Source: a virus. Taken from it: DNA of 48,178 nt. Below are positions 1 to 6,843 of this stretch, piece by piece. A program made the position numbers and the translations under genes. The stretch lies in the IMG/VR virus record IMGVR_UViG_3300029944_000014; one strand, 5' to 3'. Numbering within the stretch: position 1 is the first letter of the stretch; each line of letters opens with the position of its first letter. The notes beneath the pieces are model-generated. The model searched no databases, was not told where the DNA came from, and saw nothing but the letters and a program-made list of their open reading frames with translations.

Positions 1-185
<185 letters not shown>

Positions 186-392
186 GACGACCCAATACAC
201 GCGCCTTTTCGCAACCCCTGAATATGCAATGGTCGCGGCGCGTTACACCCCAGAAAGCTTGGCAGAGAAAATGACTTCAGGACTGATTAAAGGCATAGCG
301 AATAAAGAGGGCAGAGGCATCGAAAACACATGCAAAACCCTGGGCATCAAGTACACATATAAGGCTATCGCTGCGTTTCTGAGCTAAATAAT

Positions 393-530
393 ATGCCGTC
401 TTATCTCCTTTTCAAGGCGCGCATGCTTGGCGCCTACGTCAAACCTAACGGGCTGCTGTGCTTTCCGTCGATTACCGCCCGCTTCCAGTGGTGCGCTATC
501 GCCCGGGCTAACGGGTTTGAATTTCGCTGA
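393..530 (+). CDS. small hypothetical ORF (45 aa)
   Basis: Hand-translated ORF below the track cutoff (MPSYLLFKARMLGAYVKPNG...FEFR). It fills the 387-547 gap. No clear SD. Confidence 0.3.
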   Translation: MPSYLLFKARMLGAYVKPNGLLCFPSITARFQWCAIARANGFEFR

Positions 531-546
531 CTAATCAGGATAAATC

Positions 547-762
547 ATGAGCCATCTGCATCTCGCTTACCCCGGACCTAAATTGCATACCTGGCTCGCA
601 CCGTTGCTCTTGGCCTTGATGGACGACAGCCTTACGTCGGCCCTAGCGTATCAACAGGGCTGGAATAGCGCCGCGTCAGGCCTACAGACAAACGGCTATC
701 GCAGTGCCAGTATCGAGTGGTTTGCTTTTGAACTCGGGCGCGCTGATGCGCTCGATCAGTAG
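547..762 (+). CDS. hypothetical protein (71 aa)
   Basis: ORF with AGGA about 8 nt upstream of the ATG. Confidence 0.55.
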   Translation: MSHLHLAYPGPKLHTWLAPLLLALMDDSLTSALAYQQGWNSAASGLQTNGYRSASIEWFAFELGRADALDQ

Positions 763-771
763 GGGTTAATT

Positions 772-897
772 ATGAGCCGACCTGCCGCGAATCTTATCGA
801 ACTAATCCGACTACGAGGCCAGGACCACGGCGCATTGCTTGAACATTTAATTATTGTGCTGGTCCATCTTATCCTGGAGGAAAGTTATCGTGTCTAA
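772..897 (+). CDS. small hypothetical ORF (41 aa)
   Basis: Hand-translated ORF (MSRPAANLIELIRLRGQDHGALLEHLIIVLVHLILEESYRV). It fills the 762-890 gap and ends 8 nt into the next gene. Confidence 0.3.
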   Translation: MSRPAANLIELIRLRGQDHGALLEHLIIVLVHLILEESYRV

Positions 898-1792
898 AAA
901 ATTCGAACTGACTAGCGAATTCCTAGTAAATGTTTTCGGTGTAAAACTTTTTCGCATTAAAGCCTTGGCTTCTTTCTCGGATGTAACTATCGGGGATTTA
1001 GGGGGTTTTGTAGAAAAAGAAGATAACTTCAGTGCTGAGGCACAGATCTCCGGCGATGCCTGGATCTACGGCGATGCACAGATCTCCGGCAATACGTGGA
1101 TCTCCGGCAATGCACAGATCTCCGGCGATGCACAGATCTACGGCGATGCACAGATCTCCGGCAATGCACAGATCTCCGGCAATACGTGGATCTCCGGCAA
1201 GGCACAGATCTCCGGCGATGCACGGATCTACGGCGATGCACGGATCTCCGACAATGCGTGGATCTACGGCAATGCACAGATCTACGGCGATGCACAGATC
1301 TCCGACAATGCGTGGATCTACGGCAATACGTGGGTCTCCGGCGATGCGTGGATCTACGGCGATGCACAGATCTACGGCAATGCACAGATCTACGGCGATG
1401 CACAGATCTACGGCGATGCACGGATCTACGGCAATGCACAGATCTCCGGCAATACGTGGGTCTCCGGCGATGCGTGGATCTACGGCGATGCACAGATCTA
1501 CGGCGATGCGTGGATCTCCGGCGATGCACGGATCTCCGGCGATGCACGGATCTCCGGCGATGCACGGATCTCCGGCGATGCACAATTAATTTGGTTTTCT
1601 AAAGTCGGTAGCGAAGAGGGCACGCTTACTGTATTCAAAGCGGAAGCAGGGCTGAAAGTAACGCGAGGATGCTTCTTAGGCACCGATGTTGAATTTTTAG
1701 CCGCCGTAGATATTAAGCACGGTGCGGATTCCAAGATTGGCAAAGAATACCATTTGCTGATCGAGGTCGCTCGGTCACGGTTAGGAGGTTAA
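890..1792 (+). CDS. hexapeptide-repeat (left-handed beta-helix type) protein, 31 tandem GDAQIS-like hexads, unknown function
   Basis: The track ORF is 854..1792. I prefer GTG 890 because GGAGG lies 8 nt upstream. There are 31 consecutive hexads [G/D][D/N/K][A/T][Q/W/R][I/V][S/Y]. The N-terminal flank (KKFELTSEF...GDLGGFVEKEDNFS) and C-terminal flank (VTRGCFLGTDVEFLAAVDIKHG..GKEYHLLIEVARSRL) resemble a recurrent phage/prophage family of unknown function (from memory, not searched). Confidence 0.85.
   Translation: MSKKFELTSEFLVNVFGVKLFRIKALASFSDVTIGDLGGFVEKEDNFSAEAQISGDAWIYGDAQISGNTWISGNAQISGDAQIYGDAQISGNAQISGNTWISGKAQISGDARIYGDARISDNAWIYGNAQIYGDAQISDNAWIYGNTWVSGDAWIYGDAQIYGNAQIYGDAQIYGDARIYGNAQISGNTWVSGDAWIYGDAQIYGDAWISGDARISGDARISGDARISGDAQLIWFSKVGSEEGTLTVFKAEAGLKVTRGCFLGTDVEFLAAVDIKHGADSKIGKEYHLLIEVARSRLGG
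1034..1591 (+). repeat. 31 x 18-bp near-identical tandem repeats (consensus GGCGATGCACAGATCTCC)
   Basis: Counted directly. 558 bp in phase with the coding frame of CDS 890..1792. Every reading frame on both strands is open across it. Confidence 0.97.
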
Positions 1793-1793
1793 T

Positions 1794-2000
1794 ATGCCCT
1801 TACTCGGTAATCGGTCGCTAGGCCATGTGCGCAGCCTGCAAAAATCAGCCAAGATCACCGCACTTGAAGCAAGTAATCAACGGCTTATGCAGGCGCTTAT
1901 CGGCATCATGCGCAATCCCGGGCTCGAAGGCCCAAGACTCGCTAAACTAGCTGAAGAGGCATTAGCCGCAGATCAGCTAGCCCGTCACCCGGAGGAATAA
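1794..2000 (+). CDS. hypothetical protein (68 aa)
   Basis: AGGAGG 6 nt upstream of the ATG. It starts 2 nt after the previous stop. Confidence 0.7.
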   Translation: MPLLGNRSLGHVRSLQKSAKITALEASNQRLMQALIGIMRNPGLEGPRLAKLAEEALAADQLARHPEE

Positions 2001-2003
2001 ACC

Positions 2004-2192
2004 ATGCGCCACGTTAGCACCACTGAAATGCTTTCCCGCCTTGAAGGCTTGCTAGGCACGAAAGATTTAAACGATTGGGAACAAGGCTTCGTAAGCGGCC
2101 TTCTTAGCGTTAGCTCTATAAACGATCTCACGTGGCTCAGCGATAAGCAGGTCGAGACATTAGAGCGGCTACACAATAAACATTTCGCTTAA
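2004..2192 (+). CDS. hypothetical protein (62 aa)
   Basis: GGAGGA SD upstream of the ATG. Tightly packed in the operon. Confidence 0.7.
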   Translation: MRHVSTTEMLSRLEGLLGTKDLNDWEQGFVSGLLSVSSINDLTWLSDKQVETLERLHNKHFA

Positions 2193-2203
2193 CGGAGACA
2201 GCC

Positions 2204-2389
2204 ATGGCTACCCCCACGAAAAGCTTGAAAGACCCGAAATTCAAATACCGCAATAGTGCTGAGACGGATATCAGCGTGACTTTCCGGCGCGAGCGTAAGC
2301 GTCTGGAAGCCTTGAAAGCTGTTGAGGAAGTTGCACCTGCACCGAGTTATACCGCACGGCCTTTGATGTTCGGGAGGCGAGTGAAATGA
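2204..2389 (+). CDS. hypothetical basic protein (61 aa)
   Basis: GGAGA SD. The KDPKFKYRNSAETDISVTFRRERKRL stretch resembles small conserved proteins I recall from proteobacterial mobile elements (unverified). Confidence 0.7.
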   Translation: MATPTKSLKDPKFKYRNSAETDISVTFRRERKRLEALKAVEEVAPAPSYTARPLMFGRRVK

Positions 2390-2441
2390 TTAAAACCACC
2401 ATCGGATCGAGCATCATCTTGATCAATAGAAAGGAGAGGCT

Positions 2442-2759
2442 ATGAAACAGATAGCACTAGGGCAATCAATCGCTCTATACACACCCTCCGGCGCGGACAG
2501 CCCGGAACCCGTAGCTAAGCTGGTGTACGGCGAATACAATTTTGAAATTAGCTATACGCTGATGCACTGGATTACGGGCTGGCTGGGACATGGTATGTTT
2601 GGGGCGGACAGCGTACCGATTGCAGCAAAGGCGAATACTCGGGCTGCGTTTAATCGCGTGCGGTCAGCAATGATGCTTGACGCCTTGCAGGAAAACGGCA
2701 TCCAAGACCTCGAAGACTTGTGCCCCTTTGTGCTGCCTCACCCACAGAATCCCGCATAG
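2442..2759 (+). CDS. hypothetical protein (105 aa), last gene of the rightward block
   Basis: AAGGAGAGG SD 3 nt upstream of the ATG. Confidence 0.7.
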   Translation: MKQIALGQSIALYTPSGADSPEPVAKLVYGEYNFEISYTLMHWITGWLGHGMFGADSVPIAAKANTRAAFNRVRSAMMLDALQENGIQDLEDLCPFVLPHPQNPA

Positions 2760-2890
2760 CGCGAATCTCTTTGACTTAGAATAGAATTAAAGCATTTAGG
2801 CTGAGCGACCTATCCGCTCCGTACCGGCCCGATAAGGCCTTATCTCTACCGAACGGAGGACGCCATGCACACGACGGAGTAATGTCCGTT

Positions 2891-2927
2891 AAAAAGCCCC
2901 GGACCTTAGCAGGTATCCGGGGCTTTC
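2891..2927. terminator. Hairpin terminator at the convergence point of the two transcription blocks
   Basis: AGCCCCGGA-(11 nt)-TCCGGGGCT, a perfect 9-bp GC-rich stem. On the minus strand it is followed by TTTTAA (end of the late/lysis operon). On the plus strand it is followed by TTCCATTTC. Confidence 0.7.
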
Positions 2928-2963
2928 CATTTCAATAGGGCCTAACTCAGCGCCCGATAACTT

Positions 2964-3356
2964 TTACAGATGCAGCAGTTCCTTCAAGCGCGCCCACAAG
3001 GCATGTACTTCCGCGCCGGCGTCGTCGTAAGCCGTTTTGATATGGCTTTCCACTTCTGCAGCTAGGTCCGTAGCTTCATCGTGATCGGTAGGGGTAATCA
3101 CCACGCCGGTTGTGCTCGGATCAGCAGACACCACGGCCGGGGTTTCAGCGGCAGGCTCGGTTTGCGCAGCATCTTGAACAGCAGGGGTTTCGACCACAGG
3201 TTCAGCTTGCGCGGCATCTTGAACAGCAGGGGTTTCGACGACGGCCGCAGTGCTCGCTTCCGCGGTAGCAGCAACTTCAGGGGTCGATACTTCGGTGACA
3301 GGTTCGGCTGCGGGTACGGCTTCCGGGGTTTCGCCAGTTACGGTCTGATCGCTCAT
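2964..3356 (-). CDS. highly acidic E/P/A/T/V-rich repeat protein (130 aa), unknown function
   Basis: The track ORF is 2964..3374. I prefer the ATG at 3356 (MSDQTV) because AAGGAA lies 5 nt upstream. It has a tandem 15-aa (45-bp) repeat VVETPAVQDAAQ[A/T]EP, almost no K/R, and a short helical C-terminus. Confidence 0.7.
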   Translation of the reverse strand: MSDQTVTGETPEAVPAAEPVTEVSTPEVAATAEASTAAVVETPAVQDAAQAEPVVETPAVQDAAQTEPAAETPAVVSADPSTTGVVITPTDHDEATDLAAEVESHIKTAYDDAGAEVHALWARLKELLHL

Positions 3357-3408
3357 TTTGTTTCCTTGGTTCAAGTTAATAAGGTAAGAGCCGCTACGAT
3401 AACACGAT

Positions 3409-3639
3409 TTATTTGCTCGGCGCTACAGCAGGGCAGTTTGCTCGATAGGCTCGGTCAAAAGTATCGATCTCGCGCCGTGTCTCGATCGTATCCGATGCTG
3501 AGGCGGACATAGGAGAAAGCCAGGTACAGGCGCTATCGATTACCACGGGTGCCGAGGGCAGCATGAGAGGGGCTTGGCTTGCGCATGACACCAGGGCAAG
3601 TCCTGTACAAGCTACTAACACTCTAATTAGCGTGCGCAT
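3409..3639 (-). CDS. o-spanin (outer-membrane lipoprotein, Rz1-like)
   Basis: 76 aa. Signal peptide with lipobox (ALVSC), followed by a Pro-rich short mature part. It lies directly downstream of the i-spanin candidate. Confidence 0.75.
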   Translation of the reverse strand: MRTLIRVLVACTGLALVSCASQAPLMLPSAPVVIDSACTWLSPMSASASDTIETRREIDTFDRAYRANCPAVAPSK

Positions 3640-3944
3640 TAGTCTTTCCTCAGTTCGCCCATGGCGCTTAAGTCAGCATCGATCGATGCATCAGGGATAG
3701 CGGTTGTCGCTTTTTGCGCCGCTACACTGTTCTGCACATCGGCTGTTACGGCCTGTGCAGCCTTCGCTTGGCCTTGTGCTGCGGCTGCTTGACTGTTAGC
3801 TAGGGCAATCTGCGTACTTGCCTTAGCCGTGGCCGCAGCGACCCCTGTAGCGCGGCCGTGGAACCAACTACCGATGCAGCCGGCGCCCAGGGCCAATAGC
3901 CCGAGGAATAACTTGCTTGAAAATAGAGATAAAAGCAGCGTCAT
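3639..3944 (-). CDS. i-spanin (Rz-like)
   Basis: 101 aa. N-terminal TM (LFLGLLALGAGCIGSWF) followed by an Ala/Gln-rich helical periplasmic domain. It follows the endolysin. Confidence 0.7.
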   Translation of the reverse strand: MTLLLSLFSSKLFLGLLALGAGCIGSWFHGRATGVAAATAKASTQIALANSQAAAAQGQAKAAQAVTADVQNSVAAQKATTAIPDASIDADLSAMGELRKD

Positions 3945-3946
3945 GA

Positions 3947-4594
3947 TTAGATCCTTTCAATGAAGGATACGACATCTTGCACCAAGGAGGGTGCGGATAC
4001 AGGCGCTTCGACAACCGCCAGGGTACCTTCAGAGGTGGCGGCCGGTACCGGCATAGGCTCGGGTACCGATTCGGCGGCAGGCGCACCGATTACCCCGCCG
4101 GCCGCAGTATCCGCAGCCTCTAAGGCTGCGTCCGTCGATTCGGGCTGGCCGTAACTATTACCGGGCAGACTGGCCCAGATATGCGCGCACAGGCCAATAG
4201 CTGTATCTAAGTCGCCGGCCAGAATCGCGGGAATAGCATTGCATTCTTTGATCAGCCGGATAGCCCATTTATCTTGAGATAGAGGGCTGAAGTCCGGCAA
4301 GGATAGCAGCGCTTTATAGGCCAGCCAGTCTTTTACCAGGAACTGGTACCGGCCACTGGCCGTAGAGGTCAAGCCTACGTGATTCACGACGACCGGCGCA
4401 CGGCCGGAGGCGAAAGGGTGCTGGCTGTAATCTGTAAAAATATTAGGACCGTTAACGCCCGACACAATTACGTCGTAGCCGTCGTTAGCCGTAACCGGGC
4501 TACTTGCGGTACCTTCACTGGCTTTTGACGCGATCATATCGAGGAAAGCCGTGATATTCGTACCGCCTACTAAATTCGGATTAATGACAGCCAT
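3947..4594 (-). CDS. endolysin, lambda R-like lytic transglycosylase/lysozyme with Ala/Pro-rich C-terminal extension
   Basis: It aligns by eye with lambda R: AFLDMIA..SEGT (catalytic Glu), GYDVIV, FTDYSQHP, SGRYQFL, LPDFSP.SQD, IWASLPG..YGQ. About 60 extra C-terminal residues. Confidence 0.92.
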   Translation of the reverse strand: MAVINPNLVGGTNITAFLDMIASKASEGTASSPVTANDGYDVIVSGVNGPNIFTDYSQHPFASGRAPVVVNHVGLTSTASGRYQFLVKDWLAYKALLSLPDFSPLSQDKWAIRLIKECNAIPAILAGDLDTAIGLCAHIWASLPGNSYGQPESTDAALEAADTAAGGVIGAPAAESVPEPMPVPAATSEGTLAVVEAPVSAPSLVQDVVSFIERI

Positions 4595-4896
4595 TACTCA
4601 CCTCTTCGGTCAAAAGTTAAAACACGGGCCAGAATAATCAGCAGAGAGCCGATAGCGGGGGCGACAGATCCATCGGCGTGCGGGAAAAAGCGCATGACAA
4701 ATGGCGCCACGTTCGGCCACTGGTCCGCCAAGGAGGGTAGCAGCCGCGGCACGGCTAGGTAAAGACCGGCGAAGGTGGCGGCGATATGGATCGACCCGTA
4801 TTTCCAGCACTCGCGCCAGTCATCAACTAAACGCAGCCGGAAGCCACGTCGCGTTACCGTTGGCGGTGTAGGAAGATTACCCAGTGGTGTAGTCAT
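4594..4896 (-). CDS. two-TM membrane protein, holin candidate
   Basis: 100 aa. Hydrophobic segments IHIAATFAGLYLAV and VAPAIGSLLIILARVL. Its stop overlaps the endolysin start. Confidence 0.5.
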   Translation of the reverse strand: MTTPLGNLPTPPTVTRRGFRLRLVDDWRECWKYGSIHIAATFAGLYLAVPRLLPSLADQWPNVAPFVMRFFPHADGSVAPAIGSLLIILARVLTFDRRGE

Positions 4897-4898
4897 GA

Positions 4899-5309
4899 TT
4901 ACCCTGCAAATTTTTCAAGCAACGCATATCCTTTCATCGCCCAAGTCGCCCATACGGGTAGGGTTTGAAAGGTCAGATAATGGACAAGCGCTATGATACC
5001 TAAAGTCGCTAAACCTTTTTTAGATAGCAGCCAGGTCACAGCCCATTCATAAGTGCGCGCCGCTTTACAAAACCCTCGGCCCCAGCGCGCCCCGCCTTCC
5101 CACATGCCGACGATTCCTTCAATCGAAGATTTAATCTCAGCGCTAGAACCGTCCTGTCGTTCTAAATGCTCTTTGATCTCTGTCACAGCGCAAGCAAGAC
5201 CGGATAGCGCTTCTGAGACTTCTTTAAACCGATTACCCCCGACGTCTAATTGATGCTCAGCGCGGCCCATGCGCTCGCGTAGTTCGCTAATCTCGGTTTC
5301 GGTGCTCAT
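4899..5309 (-). CDS. membrane protein with N-terminal coiled-coil, holin/antiholin candidate
   Basis: 136 aa. Charged helical N-terminus and hydrophobic C-terminal half (LATLGIIALVHYLTF). First gene of the lysis cassette. Confidence 0.4.
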   Translation of the reverse strand: MSTETEISELRERMGRAEHQLDVGGNRFKEVSEALSGLACAVTEIKEHLERQDGSSAEIKSSIEGIVGMWEGGARWGRGFCKAARTYEWAVTWLLSKKGLATLGIIALVHYLTFQTLPVWATWAMKGYALLEKFAG

Positions 5310-5332
5310 AAGTCTTTTCCTGATAAGAGAAA

Positions 5333-5373
5333 GCCGCTTAAAAGCTAAGCGGCCTTCGGGCAGTAAGCCGCTT
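5333..5373 (-). terminator. Three-segment alternative hairpin/terminator between tail-fibre genes and lysis cassette
   Basis: GCCGCTT (5333-5339), AAGCGGC (5347-5353), GCCGCTT (5367-5373). The middle arm can pair with either flank. On the minus strand each hairpin is followed by a T-rich run (AGCTTTT or TTTCTCTT). Confidence 0.55.
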
Positions 5374-5378
5374 AAATA

Positions 5379-6029
5379 CTATACGCCTGTCGCTTCCCAA
5401 GTAAAGGCCACGGTCTGGTTGAACGTAGCGTAACCTAGCGTGTCGCCCTTGGCAGTAAATCCAGTAAGCGTAGGCGCGCCTTGCGCCCCCGTTGTAGGTT
5501 GGCCGCCGGTACTGCTATTGGCTGATCCGTAGGGGGTAATTTGCATCGCCCATACGCCGGAAGTAAAGGCCACAGGAAACGTAACTGCCAAGGTTGAGGT
5601 TGTCGCCGCGCTGGCTGGCAATGTGCCGCTTCCCCACTGCGTAATAGTGCCGTCTGGGTTATTGCGCCATCCTGGCGTAGCCTTTACCCCGACACTGGCG
5701 CCTGCCTGGACGAGATTGGTCATAGTGCCGTCGGTGATGAAACTGGACACGCTATCGCCGGCCAGCCAGTTGTCCGCCGCAGTACCTTCCTGCGCACGTA
5801 TGATCGTCATTACATCGGCTGTGCGTGCTGTGCAAAAACAGATCTCATTGACGAGGCCAGTCAGTGCGTCGACCAGGGTAATGCGGAAAAACTGATTGAG
5901 CCCGGTATTCGGGTTCGGGAAAAGCGCACCGGTCCCTGAAGCCACTGTTAACGATGTGGCCGTGGATACCAGAGGGGCCGCTAGTGTTGTTCCTGCATTG
6001 TTGGCAAATAGCTCGGTGATGGCGCTCAT
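5379..6029 (-). CDS. tail fibre protein B (second receptor-binding protein)
   Basis: 216 aa. Its N-terminal roughly 100 aa are paralogous to CDS 8893..9513 (ANNAGTTLA.P....T.LTVA.GTGALFP.P). The C-terminus is divergent. Confidence 0.7.
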   Translation of the reverse strand: MSAITELFANNAGTTLAAPLVSTATSLTVASGTGALFPNPNTGLNQFFRITLVDALTGLVNEICFCTARTADVMTIIRAQEGTAADNWLAGDSVSSFITDGTMTNLVQAGASVGVKATPGWRNNPDGTITQWGSGTLPASAATTSTLAVTFPVAFTSGVWAMQITPYGSANSSTGGQPTTGAQGAPTLTGFTAKGDTLGYATFNQTVAFTWEATGV

Positions 6030-6334
6030 GTTGAAACCTCCGGCGGGATAGTGGCATTGGCTAAGCAGTGGCCTTTACCGAAGATAAAATCAATAAAGGG
6101 CGCGGCGAAAGAGGCCCACGGCTTGCCTTCAATCAAAGCGTTACCTGTGGCTGTGCTAATCGTCTCCGTAGGCGGGTTGCCGAATAAAGCGCTACCGCAC
6201 TCATCCTGCGCTATTGCCATGCTCTTAGCTCGCGCCTCCGAGCCGAATAGCGCCTGTATGAGCATAGCGGTTAGGAGCACCGGAGTAAAAAGTACCACGA
6301 GGAGCCACATGCCTAGAAGTTCTAAGCGCGTCAC
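6026..6334 (-). CDS. small membrane-anchored/secreted protein inside the tail-fibre cluster
   Basis: 102 aa. N-terminal hydrophobic helix (LLGMWLLVVLFTPVLLTAMLI) and two Cys in the soluble part. 4-nt overlaps with both neighbours. Confidence 0.6.
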   Translation of the reverse strand: MTRLELLGMWLLVVLFTPVLLTAMLIQALFGSEARAKSMAIAQDECGSALFGNPPTETISTATGNALIEGKPWASFAAPFIDFIFGKGHCLANATIPPEVST

Positions 6335-6840
6335 TGTGGCACCCCCGCCAGGATTTGCGCGATGCGATCAGGCAGGATAATTTGCAGCGTCGGGGCTGTC
6401 GGGCTCGATAAGTAGCTGAGGGCCTGCTGTACGGAGGGCAGGTTAGGATCAATGAGGTCCTGCAGCGTCACGGCCAGTTGATAGGTCTCCCAAAAGTCGG
6501 CAACGATAGGATCGATCGGTATTGCTACCTCGGTAGACGTTGCCGGAATACCGGTAAGCGCCATAGTCTTGAGCAAAATACGCTCGGCGTAAGTAAAGGC
6601 AAACCAGAAAACCATAGGCGTTAACTGAGCGTAAGCGACCGGAGGTATGAGGGGCGTCGGAGGTGCGGGCGGCGCCGTCCATACACCATCGACCAAGGTG
6701 CTATTCACGATGGTGCCATCAGGCACTTCAGTAAATAGCACGGCTACCTCAGAATGAAAGCACTGCGCTAGCGTGAAGCCGGTCGGCGGAATGAAAATTT
6801 CCACAGCGACATTATTTTGAATTTGTGCGTAGGTCGTCAT
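6331..6840 (-). CDS. hypothetical protein, possible tail-fibre assembly/chaperone
   Basis: 169 aa. Call rests on position only, immediately after the glycine-rich protein. Confidence 0.5.
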   Translation of the reverse strand: MTTYAQIQNNVAVEIFIPPTGFTLAQCFHSEVAVLFTEVPDGTIVNSTLVDGVWTAPPAPPTPLIPPVAYAQLTPMVFWFAFTYAERILLKTMALTGIPATSTEVAIPIDPIVADFWETYQLAVTLQDLIDPNLPSVQQALSYLSSPTAPTLQIILPDRIAQILAGVPQ

Positions 6841-6843
6841 GAT

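Noticed and set aside
1034-1591. Possible CRISPR array
   Set aside because: The units abut directly with no spacers, the period is only 18 bp, and they sit in frame inside a gene. This is a coding tandem repeat.
998-1602. Long ORFs in other frames and on the opposite strand across the 18-bp repeat array (for example 998..1585, 1029..1583, 1032..1589, 1096..1602)
   Set aside because: They are pure consequences of a stop-free 18-bp unit repeated 31 times. They lack non-repetitive termini and SD signals. Only the frame with proper flanking domains and a GGAGG-GTG start is credible.
3081-3512. 143-aa plus-strand ORF antisense to the acidic repeat protein
   Set aside because: It is the Arg/Gly-rich mirror image of an acidic repeat gene. 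It has no SD and opposes the operon direction.
3947-4594. Possible SAR (signal-anchor-release) endolysin
   Set aside because: The N-terminus (AVINPNLVGGTNITAFLDMIA) is too polar and short for a SAR helix. Two separate membrane-protein genes upstream fit a canonical holin-dependent system.
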